A stretch of 64,000 nt of DNA. Origin: Dudresnaya verticillata. Taxonomy: Eukaryota. Below the pieces are notes generated by a model that was not told the origin of the DNA, did not search any database, and was given only the letters and a program-made list of their open reading frames with translations. Positions 46,273 to 57,518 of this stretch are shown in pieces (the stretch's first letter is position 1; every line of letters starts with the position of its first letter). Both the position numbers and the translations under genes were made by a program. The stretch spans positions 744,001 to 808,000 of the forward strand of contig OZ374563.1 of assembly GCA_977862235.1 (NCBI GenBank), in the 5' to 3' direction.

Positions 46273-47190
46273 ATGGCGCAGGGAACTGTGGAAAGCGTGC
46301 CTGGTGTCCCGTGGGAGTTCGAAGCAATTCTTGTGGGTGATGGCTCCAAGGGCAGTGGTGAAAACGAAAAACGCTTGCTTGACGGTTGTGTGTACGCTTC
46401 TGCGAAGATGACGGGTGGTCACGAAAATTTCCACACCATTGATCCAGAGTCTATTTTGCTGTTGTATCGCGGAGAAGTTGGCTTCAAGTTCCCAACGCTG
46501 GCTTTGGACAGGTCGCGGAACAATTATCCAAGACAGTGTGTCCTAACCGAAGAGGACCTTAACTGGAATGTCGGACAGGAGTGGGACGACAATCTTGTCG
46601 ACTGTCTGCTGTGCTTCTGCAGACGCAATAAGGGCGTTGCAATTCTGCTTGGCGGTCCCGGTGCGCGTAATGAGAACGCATCGTTGGTTCAGCATCATTA
46701 CCGAGAGGCAAACCGTGTATTTGCGCGGAGCAATCTCAAGTCCTGTGCTCGGGCTTCAGTCGTGAATGCTGTTACTTGTCTCGGCGGGATTGAGATGGGT
46801 CTCAAGGTGCAAGAGAAATTGAAGGACATGCCACAGCATATTTGCAAGCTGGGTCAGCTTGGTCCATTGATTCACCAGTTGGGTGAAGGGCTCACTATTG
46901 TGGGCTTATCCAGAAAAGTGAAGAAGGAAATGAGGAAGGATGGGTTTAGTTGGATAACTAACCAAGACAGGGGTGTGTGGCTTGTGAGGTTGTGTGATCC
47001 TCCGTCGATGGATCATTGCGTTGTAGTCGATTCAGGAAGAAGTCTCATCTGGGACTCGGAAGAAGAGTGGCCCGTCAAGTTGTCCAAGGTTACCTTGAAC
47101 ATGTGTGCCGGTAATGCTTCCAAGAAATTACATGTGGGAGAAGTGTATGAGTTGAAGGCACAATTATTGGGGAAGCGTAGACGTAGTTAA
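46273..47190 (+). CDS. 305-aa ORF antisense to Copia pol, with a putative papain-like Cys-His-Asp triad
   Basis: Intact ORF with SCARASVVNAV, DHCVVVD and IWDS motifs; its stop overlaps the pol stop (TTAA, 47187-47190). Confidence 0.6.
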   Translation: MAQGTVESVPGVPWEFEAILVGDGSKGSGENEKRLLDGCVYASAKMTGGHENFHTIDPESILLLYRGEVGFKFPTLALDRSRNNYPRQCVLTEEDLNWNVGQEWDDNLVDCLLCFCRRNKGVAILLGGPGARNENASLVQHHYREANRVFARSNLKSCARASVVNAVTCLGGIEMGLKVQEKLKDMPQHICKLGQLGPLIHQLGEGLTIVGLSRKVKKEMRKDGFSWITNQDRGVWLVRLCDPPSMDHCVVVDSGRSLIWDSEEEWPVKLSKVTLNMCAGNASKKLHVGEVYELKAQLLGKRRRS

Positions 47191-49310
47191 TTCTTGTTCT
47201 CGGCTGTTGCTCGGGGCATGGGGACAGTTGCTGTTGGAATCCACGGGGTGTCTCGATACTTGGAATCTTGGAGCATGAACACTCTTTTGCTAGGTGTTTC
47301 GCAGCGGTTCTCGGAGATAGCGGCGGCTAGTATCTTGATTGGTTTCGCCTTGGTCATTGCATCTGCGGGGTTGCTGTCACCAGGAATATGGCATACTGAA
47401 GCCATTCTTCCGTCGTGAATCGGCTCGCGGCATCGGTACCCAATCTCAGGGATAGAAGGAACCGTTTCATTCATGAGGTTGTCCCAGAGAGTCTGGTTGT
47501 CGATGTACACAACAATTGGTACCTCCTTCTTGGCAAGCTGGAAGACGATATTTCGCAAGTTGTTGATACAGCGAAGTGCGGCATCTAATGCCATAAGCTC
47601 GGACTCTTCCGTCGAGTGTGCTCGTCGTGGTGCACGGCAACTCTGCCAGTGGATCATGTTGAAGACATCGTTGCGATCTGAGATGCTGATAAGGAAGCCA
47701 ATTTGCGAGTGCTTCGTGGCCAGGTTTTGGAAGGAGGCATCTGAGTATACCCGGATATGGGTGGACTCCCCATCGAGCGGAGCGAATATGAGGCTTGCGT
47801 GTCCACTGTTCTTGATTGCAGCTAATGCATTTTGCGTGTCTACGAGAAGCTGGAGTTGCGGGTTGGTCTTTTCACCGTTACGCTGTAGGGCAACACTTGC
47901 ATGGAACGAGGACAAGGGAGATGTTTCAGTGGCAACCCATGCCAGTTTTCCAGCGACTGATCGTAGCTCGGAGATCTCTTCATCAGTCATTGGCCTCTGC
48001 AGCTCTGGCTTCGTTAAGGCTGTGAGTTCTTCGGAAGCGGTAATGGTCTCAAGGTATGCCTTCTGGGACGCGATAACGTGTTCGCCATCCTGTAAGATGT
48101 CCAGTCCCTTGAAGTCCGCCGGAGGACGTTGCCTGTCGCGGCATTTGAAGCGTGTTGCGATCTTGGCTTCTTCTGCTTCTTGAGACTTGGGAATTGCTGA
48201 AAGCATGTCATCGGTGCAGAGCAATGTTGCTGCGTTTATCGTCGGGCTATACAGGAGAGATGGATCGTATATGGACTGCTTGAGGTCGACGATGTTGTCG
48301 CAGAGCCATGGAACCAATGTCTTGTTCCAGTACTTACCTGCTTCGACGTCTCCGTAGACTTGAACGACACCTTTCCAGATGAAGTGCTTCTTGTCGGTGT
48401 ACATATCGTAGTACTCCCTTGGAGGCCGGTAGTAGATGAGTCGCTTTGTCTGCATGCTCTGAAGATAAGCTTTGGTGACGTCTCGGACAATGATGGAGAT
48501 GCTGTCGTTTTCCTTGCTTAGAGAGTCATTCCAAGTTGGGATGATCGCTAGGAGACATCTTATGGTGCACATGGCGACAGTCGGAGCGTTTCCATTGAGG
48601 GAGTGTCGAAGTTTCGTGCGATGTGAGGCGCTCACAAGTCTTGCTCGGTAACGAATCGGAGGGTCTTGTGTGGGTGACCTTTTTATGTGTAGTACCCACT
48701 TCATCGGTTGTATCTCGCAATCCGGCTCTGTAGATTGTCGAGGGGTCTCGATGACTGCGCGATTATCCAGGAGGAACTTGATTTCGCCCTGTTTTTCTTT
48801 CAAGAACTCGGCTTGCTGGGTTTCGGATAAGTTCTTGATGGACTTGATCTCCTCAGCAGATGTTAACAACGTGAGCTCATCTTCGTCGTTAATGATGTCC
48901 GTTTCCCGGAGGGAGATACAGTTGGAGACAATGGTTCCGGCATCGGAAGTGGAGATGGACAGCATGATTGCATCGTCGTCTGTCTCGATGAGTGTACCTG
49001 AACGGGTGTTGTCAGTGCTGGCAATGAATGTAGAGTTCAGGAGTTGCGCAATCGGGGCGTTTCCAGTGGGCGTTGTCGAAGGCACAATGCTATTGTGTTC
49101 CTGATCCTGTGTTGGAGTGATGTCAAGTGTCTCGATGTTTTCTGCGTCCTGCTGGGCTATCTCAGGTGGAAAGTATGCTTCTCCGAAAAATGGCCTGACA
49201 CGAGTCTCATGGGTAGGGTATAACTTGAAAGAATGAGACACGTATATCGTGGGGCGATCGATTCTGGCCACAATGCCTTCGCGCCAGCCGTACTTGCTAA
49301 CCGTGGAACG
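47187..49310 (-). mobile_element. Ty1/Copia retrotransposon pol fragment (integrase C-terminal tail, RT, RNase H), 5' truncated
   Basis: RT: KWVLHIK, YRARLV, APTV, DVTKAYLQ, YGDVEAGKYW, DPSLLY, CTDD. RNase H: YSDASF, SQIG, STEESE, IDN, NPADAMTK. No gag, protease or integrase core is visible upstream. Confidence 0.92.
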
Positions 49311-49813
49311 TTATTATTTGTACCCATTTTCGTTCTTTCCGGTTACAAACAACGTAACAGCAACATTGCTATTTCCCGTCATACCAACGCAACAGCAATA
49401 TTTTCAATTCATCGCCGTTATGCATTTATGTAGCTGCTGCAGTGCCCATCTCCGGTCTCGCCGCCCGGCACTGATCTACCTCACCCCTCCGCGTTCCTGT
49501 GCCTCCCCACAGGTGTTGCAATACCTATCTTGTCTCCGCTTCAAAGTCTATCCTTGTCCCTAGTTTTCCGGTTCTTTTACACCCCTAGCGTTGTTTGAAA
49601 CTCTGAGTCCGCCGGAGAAAACGCTTATCCGCCTTGGCGCAGAGCGACGCAAACTGTATCGGTCTTCTTTCCCTTTCTCCTCTGCCCAACTCGCCGGAAA
49701 GTTGCTACGACCTCATTCACACCCCCCGAGTGCTTCGCCTAACTCGCTCATCTCCATTTCTCCTTCCCTGCCCGTTCGTTCTCAACGGCAACACACATTC
49801 CACTGATCTCGCA

Positions 49814-51628
49814 ATGCCCTTCTTGTTCAATAGGGTTACTTCTCTGTTTGCTAGTCTGCAGACTTCTGCAATTGTGAGTGTAACAACGTTCGGGCTGTGC
49901 CAGCCAAAGCGCAGCGCAGCGTGAGAGATGGATAGCAGTAGAGGTAAATCTACCGAAGGGTAGAGTAGAGTAGTGTAGGCAAAAGGCAAAAGGCAAAAGG
50001 TGTGCAAAGCTCCGCGTGGATCTCCCCCTTCGCTCAGGGATCTCAACCCAGCGGCCTGCCTTTATAGTGCCGATCGGCAGTGGATCCGGCGCCGTCGCCC
50101 GGGCGTCCGGAGCCCACAGTAAATGGAGCGCCATGTCTGATCAGCCAGATCAGAACACGCAGGCAGCGTGTGCTGTGCCGCCATGAGCTCAAGCGTGGCA
50201 CAGACTGACATCTAGTCATCAGTGCAGTGACTACGCAGTCATCTAAAGGCTAAACTAAAATGGGGGAGCGAAATCGCTTGCGACCCCGGCAGGAACCCTG
50301 TGCTGGGAATCCGCCACAGGAATCCCTGTGCTGGGAGACCTGACGCGCATCGCAGCCAGCGAGCGCTAGGCGTTACATGAGGAAATTTTCTCGGACTCGG
50401 TCACCATCCGATAACTCCAACCCTGATGCACGGTGTGACGTCGCACCGGCCACGACGGGAGCGGAACAGAAGAATAAGTCTCGAAAGCATACTACGGTGA
50501 ACTCACAGTTGGAACCGGATACTCAACTGCCCGCAAGTAAGAAGACTCGCCGTGGTCTGGCGTCGCCTCCAGCTTCTAGAAGATCTGAGTCCATCCCAGA
50601 TTGGGGTCCTTCTCGACCAACAAAGCCTCAACACCTGAAACAGTGCATACCGACTTTGAAACGAGAGAGACGCCCACAGCTGCCCCCGCAAGAGGAATGC
50701 TAGTCGCTCAGTCAGCTCCCCTCAACAAGCTAGGTCACTGTCAAATCCGTGCCTCAATAATCGTCCAAGGTCTCAAAATCTGAAACGCTCGGCACCGGAC
50801 CCTGAACAGGACCCCGACCTTCAAAACACAGGACTGAAGAAGGTTTGTCGTGAGACGGGCGCTATGGAACCTGTTGCAGTCAGTCAAGCCCCAGTCACTA
50901 CCAATCTGAGAACGTCACAGGCTGTGCAGTTGAGACAGTCCAACTCGGATGTGGAGCGAGAATCTGCACCTCAGCAACCCCGGCTCGTAAACTCTCGTAT
51001 GGCATCGCGTTTTCCTCGACAGCTCAACATTGCATCTGTTTCAGCTTCCAAGCGCATTTATACCGCAGCTTTGCTTCGGAAATCAGTCCCGGTGAAGAAC
51101 CGCATACCCCCACCACGCAAGATAGACTTTGATGGACCACCACCGCCTATGCCAGGCGTCCCCGAAGGCTATTTCTCTCCAGATGCTCGTGGGTCGTTTC
51201 ATGCCGGCACGCGGTCGAGCTTGGAGTACATTTTCGATGTGTCTGCACGGTCCAAAGCCATTGCCGAGTTCACCTTCAACACGGCCGACCCAATCCGCGC
51301 GGATAAAGTCCCACATCCCGACTTGGCTCCTGTTATCAAGAAGCAAAAGCGAGAAGGAGCGGCGGAAGGATCGTCCACGAAGGGCATTTCTGCCGACCAG
51401 CAACCCAAGGATGCTGGGCGTGATGGTGACGACCGGCCGTTTTATGCGGATTGGGGTGTTGACGAGCCAGGCTGCAAGGAGAGGGTGAGGTCAACTCGGC
51501 GGGGATGGTTGAGAGAAAGGAAAAGGCCGCACGAGTCGGATGGGTACCAACTGGTTTTGAGGAGGTTTCGATGGGCTTTTGCCGAGGAACATAGCATTCC
51601 GCATGGGTCTCGGTATAGCCCGTTTTGA
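49814..51628 (+). pseudogene. Unknown family member X1b; N-terminus interrupted by a solo LTR and a frameshift, C-terminal 254 aa (50864-51628) intact
   Basis: MPFLFNRVTSLFAS matches X1a MAFLFKKASSLFAS. Removing the LTR plus one TSD restores the frame into RKFSRTRSP, which stops at 50703. Confidence 0.75.
49879..50377. mobile_element. Solo LTR (499 bp)
   Basis: TGTAAC...GTTACA termini; 4-bp TSD TGAG (49875-49878 and 50378-50381); absent from copy A. Confidence 0.88.
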
Positions 51629-54567
51629 CGCGGTCTCAATGCTGCAGTGGGTACAACGCAAGCTTACATTATCATCAGCTGCTACTTCCGAACATTTTCA
51701 AGTTAACATTGGAGAACAAGTAAAGGACGCTGGAAATCTGCGGAGAAATGCCGCACATGCTTTCACGTTACGTCGGGCTACTGGTATTGTGCTTCTTATT
51801 GTGTTCTCTGCCTGCCTCAGATTCAGATCTTTTGCATGCCCCAGAGTTAGACTTTGTAGTACCGTCATGACTAGAAGGAGGAGGGGTGAAGAATTCGCAC
51901 CGAACCCGTGGACATGACAAACCAGCTCTTGCACTCTCCTCATGATGAACGGCGGAAACGAAGCTGACGACAAGCTATTTTTGTGGCGCGAGAGTGGCGA
52001 GATTGCATGGATGTTGCGAATCAATCGCCTTCGCCGTTGTATTCGCTTCTTGGAAGTGCACTACAGTATCTTGATCGTCTACGGCCCGCGCTAATTCGCA
52101 AGCGCGGCCATAATGAGAGATAGAGATAGTACCCGAAGTGGACTTGAAAGTAGAAAAATCGACAACGTTCTACATTGCCACATTTTCCTGTCCCGATTTG
52201 CTAGCGGCGGCAGTTCAACTCTCGTAAATGTTTTCTCGAGATGCTCTTGCTCCCCCGCTCTGCCCCGTGACCCATCAGCACCAACTTCGTTTCATGTCTT
52301 CAAACATCCCTGTGCTGCTACTCAAATTCACTCTTGTTGGCAGCGCGTTCGACTCTATCGGTCGCCTGCTGCTCTGTTGCTCAATGACACTCAATATATG
52401 CGCGTCCCCCGCAATATTCTCTGTTTCTCGCACTATTTGAATCTCTTTCCATACGATCTCTCGCTCTAACGCACGCAGATAGCACAACATGCGAAAACGT
52501 ATTATTGGAAGCAGCCAAGCCCTGAACGGAACATGTTCCAGGGAAGGTGAATAGAGTGTGTGAACAAGATTGTGCCTGCCCCTGTTTTGTACCCGGCACT
52601 CATCTGGAAGTTTCTCGCGTTCGCTAGCCATGTTTCCCTACACAACGCACTGTATGTCCCTCTGTCCTCCATTCTCTCTAATTCCCTGACTACTGCAAAA
52701 ACTCATGTGCAAACAAACCAAGACCTTCTCATCATCAAAAATTGCTTGACATTTGTCTGAAAACTTGCAACAGGGTCCATGACTGCAACCGACAAGATAG
52801 TCCTAGCCATGGTCCGCCGTCGTTTTACTTTGTGATGAGTACCTGTTCGTTATTTGAACTCTGGCCAATCGTTTCCTCGGCTGTTAATGCGTAGGTGGTG
52901 AGTGCATCGAGTACAAACATGAATGCAAGCCGTCTCCGGTGCTTACATGGTTTTCAAACACTGGGCAATCAAAAAGAGTATCGGTTATATTTGGGAACCG
53001 GAACGTTTTCCTTCGACGAGAGGGCTGAGGATGGAGTGCGTAAGCCGTTCAATAGGTTTAAGGCAGGCGGATGCGTCTGACGGAGAAGGTAGCGGTTATG
53101 GGCAGTTCACATCGACATGGGACACTCTTTCCGCATGGATGGAACCACGGACTGGATCCTTATTTCTGAAAGAAATGTGAAGGTGCCACTTGGCTTCGCT
53201 GCAGAATAGAATGCCATACAGATTACTCCCATTCGCCGTTTCCATTATGCGTTGTGGTTGAGGGCACCACCAGTACCTTGCGACTTTTAGAGAAGTTATA
53301 GGACACTTTCTCGTAGGTTTCGGTTAAATGATAGATCTCTTCACTATGTCCGTGTTCAGATACCTAGTTTATTAGAGGCACTACTCTATGCCTCTATTTA
53401 TACCCAGCTAGCTAATACTAGGGATAATCTATTACACTTACCTTTCCCTTAACAGGTAAGCATACACGATGTTAAAGTGACTTCTTATATGACAAGGATA
53501 CAGTAACTGTTTCTGTCAACTTCCACTTGGATGCTTTGGCAAGGAAGCAAGTGTATACAACATATATCCTGTATGTCAAATAACTAATATAGCTGTATTG
53601 CAACATTGTTCACAGACTCCTCTTCTCACCTCCCTGTCGGACTTGCCTTCTGAAAACGATGTCAGTGCTTGTAGAACGCAGACCAGACAGAGCACAGATA
53701 CTACTTCCGCGCCTCGTTGCTACTCTCACCCATCATTTTATGGGAGGCTTCCGTATGGATATACAGTTATTAGCAGAAACCTGTGTGGTGGAATGCACAT
53801 ATCTATTGTCAGTTGCCACCATACGTACCGCTGTTCGCTTCGAATGAAGAGCTTTCCCTCTAGTTAACTCTGTCGTCACGCTAATTAGAACACAAGAATG
53901 ATTGACACAATCTCATCTCATAGTATCATCCTGCATTGTGTAGGTTCCATGTAATCTCGGGAAAGTTGTGACGATTCAATTTTAATGGGTTGTTAAGGTG
54001 GTCCTGCGTGGGCGACGCGGACCCATTAGCAGGCACAATTGTGCGCTTCCGGCTGCGAAGCGAGGTTGGGAAAGACTCACAGCTCTCCTCCAATACAAGA
54101 TATCCCGCGACGCGTGATAATTTCAACTCTCCTGTGCACCAAAGTCCCGTTGAAGGTTTAATTAATGGCATCATTGATCCAATATTTGTACTTCTACTAT
54201 ATGCTTTCCCGTCAAATTCACGCCCGGCCATGACCAGTCAGTTGCACTTTGCCCTGTACCCCTATCTCAACCCCCACCCGCACTCTTGCCCCGCAAACCT
54301 GACCCGTGTTCACACAAATACACCCCCGGGCTAAGCGATCCCTTCCCCTGCTCACACAAGTGCAGCTGACGGAAGGCTTGGCCTTTAAATGTACTGTGAA
54401 CAGTGCTCTTCTTCCGATTGCCTCGTTCTGTTCTGCTCTGTTCCCAAACCTTGCCACAAGTGTTCACTCCTGCCCAACCTACACAAGTTGCCTTAAGCTT
54501 GCTATTATTGCACTACTCGCTTCGCCCTACCTCGTTGGAATTTCCACTACTTCTTTTTATCCTTCCC

Positions 54568-55561
54568 AAAAAGGGGGATGCGAACTCCAAACCAGTGGAA
54601 CAACCTTCTCAACCGAAAAATACTCTTCTCGAGTCTCATACTCCTCGCTCGGGTCACAAACGCAGGAAGTCGGTTGTGGGTCGCAACCCGAAGTGAGAAA
54701 CTGCGTCCATCAAAAAGAGTCGTAGCCGACGAGCTCCCTCTTCGCTCGTCGTCGGGACAGAAGGGCACAGCCAGGAGATGGCGATCTGGGAAATGGCCCA
54801 CTGTCCGAGAAAAAGAATCACCGCGAGTCAACTTTCACGACGCGCAACCTCACAAGCCAAAGGCACCGAAGGGGTATTTTGAGAGCTCCAAACAAGGAAT
54901 GTTCCACACGGGGGCAACGACAGTCCGTGAATATGTGTTCCACACATGGCCTAGAACAAAGGCCATTGGGGAGTACTTACTTAACTTGGCCGACCCCATA
55001 CGAGCCGACAAAGTACCACATCCTGCTGCAGCACAGTTTGCAAATAAATGCAATAGTTCTGTACTAGTGGAAGCTCAACGTAGTCCAAGCTCGATCACTT
55101 TCGCTGGCGTGACTCCTGGCAACGAGGTGATAAAGGTTTCGGGGAAGTCTGTAGACGGAAAGACACTGGAATGTTACCGGGGCACACCGGGGTGCTCCTC
55201 TGGAGATCATCAAAAAGAATGTGAGAAGACGGTACAATTCAGAGCATCTAATGTTGGGACTGTGCAAGTATTCGGAAGTGGGCAAACGGCAAGGCGCTAC
55301 TGGGTGCTGCCCATTGTGGAAGACGGAGAAACCGAAAGTGGTAAAAAGCAACGCAAAGGGTGCGAGCAAACACAGGACTTGAGCTTGAATAAGGCGGCCT
55401 TTAAGGAGGAGATGCGTGCGCGGCGGCGGAGTTGGCTGGGAGAAAGAAAGGCGCCGGTGGGTTCTGAAAACTTTGCGGTGGTTCTCAAGAAGTTTCGGTG
55501 GACGTTTTCCGAGGATCATAGGGTCCAACACGGCGGACGGTTTTGTCCTTGCCCGTTTTGA
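54568..55561 (+). pseudogene. Unknown family member X2b; start region lost, frameshift at ~54693
   Basis: Closely similar to 40305-41295 but lacks the ATG context. An extra base gives CCGAAGTGAG where X2a has CCAAATGAG. Confidence 0.7.
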
Positions 55562-55887
55562 AGGAAGGGAAAAGGGCAAGAACGTGGGGTCGAGGTGAGG
55601 GGCTGATGGCAGGCCGAGGTGAGGGGCTGATGGCAGGCTGAGGTGAAGTCGTGGAGACGCCAGCTTTGGCAAGAAGAACAATAAGAAAGTTATTCTCTTC
55701 GTGTAACTGTCCACGTCTCCGATAGGTAAGATTACAACACAAGCAATATTTTTGTTCCTTGGTAGTCCAAGGTTAGTCTAATGCACTCAAGACCGATAAC
55801 AAAAACGTACAATCCTTATTGTTGCAGTACCGCTGTTTTATACTGCTTGGAACTCTAAGCCCTCAGGAGGGTACACGTTTTGCACTG

Positions 55888-56450
55888 TGTAACGCAGTCC
55901 GGATAAAGAGAGCCACTCGCGTACGCGGTGGTTGGTAAAAGAGAGAAAGGGAAAAGCGGGAAGGCGAGGTTGGAGGCTAGGTGACCGCAGGTTGTTGGGA
56001 GTTCCCCTCGTCTGTGCTGACGCCCGCGGGCTGCCGTTATTAGGTAAGAAGCAGAGTGTGAGCTGTGCTGCTCAGGTCCTACGACCCACGCTATTTAGTG
56101 GACTGCACGATCGCAGCCTCCGCCCTGGATCGGGCAGATCCAGGCTGGCGCAGCTACAGTAGTCGCGCACTGTCATATTGTACAATACGTACAGTCCTGT
56201 ACCCAGACAGGGTACCCTGCAGACATCCAATCAGATAGAGAGGAATGTACAGGCATTGCTGTGCTGCAGGGAGGAGGTACCATACACTGTGTACAGTGCA
56301 CAGCGTTGCCTATGCTGGCAGGGTCCGTCGGACTACGGTAATAGACTCTTTCCGGACAGGCTCCCTTCCTGGGATTGCACCTGTCCGCACTGCCCCAAGC
56401 TCCCTGTGCCGGGAGTACTCCCAGGCGGGCTGCGCTACTCGGGTGTTACA
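55888..56450. mobile_element. Solo LTR (563 bp)
   Basis: TGTAAC...GTTACA termini; 4-bp TSD ACTG (55884-55887 and 56451-56454); the empty site TTTTGCATTGGGACCG is present in copy A (~41628-41643). Confidence 0.92.
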
Positions 56451-57290
56451 ACTGGGACCGAGGATCTGGGACTTTTCTTCATTACCTTTAGCTTTCGATC
56501 ATGCAGTAGTTGCTTCAAGCTGCTTTAAGCAACTTGCTTGTGCCGGCAAAAAGTGATTTGGTGGTTGCTGTTGCGATTGTCTTTGCACTCCCCTTAAGGG
56601 CCTTAGGAAGCGGAGTTGGTACTGTAGTTCGTAGAGCTTGTTGACATCAGCACCATGGCTGGTCTTGTTGTTTAAGGCCCATGCCATATCGGCGGTTATT
56701 GACCACTCGTTGAGTTACACGTTTTGACCTGCTCGCCTTATTCGCTTTTCAGGAACTACTGAGCTTTTACCGGTGGCGAATACCGCGCCGTGCCAAAACA
56801 ACAAATGATCTCGAGCTTCAGCTGATCTGCACATCGCCTCGTCTCTTTCCGCCCTTAGGTCTACAATCCCTACAACGAGCAACTGGTTAGGTCAAAACCT
56901 TGCATACCGGGAGCATTCCGGGAAGGCGAACTTCTCAGGCAGTGCAGAATCAGGAGAGACGGTGCCATGTCGTGGAGACGAGCAAACGTTGGACAGGACG
57001 AAGAAACGGTCCGTGATTCAATAGGATGGAGGCGTTACGGGCACCGCATAATCTACACCGGATGAGTCCAGGGCGTTTCTTCGAAAAGAGCGGCACTCAA
57101 CTCAGCAAATCCCGCTCTAAAATGCACGGCAAGAAACCGTTTACTCATTCCACTCCCCAAATGTAAAGTCACGGCTGTACTACACATAACACGAGCGATA
57201 CCTACTACTGAGAGCAACAACAAGCGACGTGCGACACAAGGAAAAGCCCGAGCTGACGGAGAGGGCGTGTGGACTGGCGTAAGCGTCACG

Positions 57291-57518
57291 TTAGCCAAAC
57301 GGACAGGGATAACCGTCATACAAGCAGGTGTAGCCTAAGGTGGGAACGGCGCAACATTGGAGCCCAGACGGGCAGTCGTCGCCGCCAGGCGGACAGGGTA
57401 TAATGATTTTGACACCGGTGGAGAGGCTTTTGGCCTTCGGGGGGGCGGGGGCGGCCGCAGCGAACGAGAAGAGCAGGGCTGTGGCGGAGAGGAGGAGGAG
57501 GAGGAGGAGACGAGGCAT
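57291..57518 (-). CDS. Secreted cysteine-rich peptide B (75 aa; C-x6-C-x5-CC-x8-C-x6-C)
   Basis: Signal peptide nearly identical to peptide A; 6 Cys conserved; TATAAAA at ~57618-57624. Confidence 0.85.
   Translation of the reverse strand: MPRLLLLLLLSATALLFSFAAAAPAPPKAKSLSTGVKIIIPCPPGGDDCPSGLQCCAVPTLGYTCLYDGYPCPFG

Noticed and set aside
37715..57300. X-family proteins and the secreted peptides all end in (C/S)PF or CPF(A/G)
   Set aside because: Only three residues, opposite strands and no further similarity; treated as coincidence and not a canonical CaaX box.
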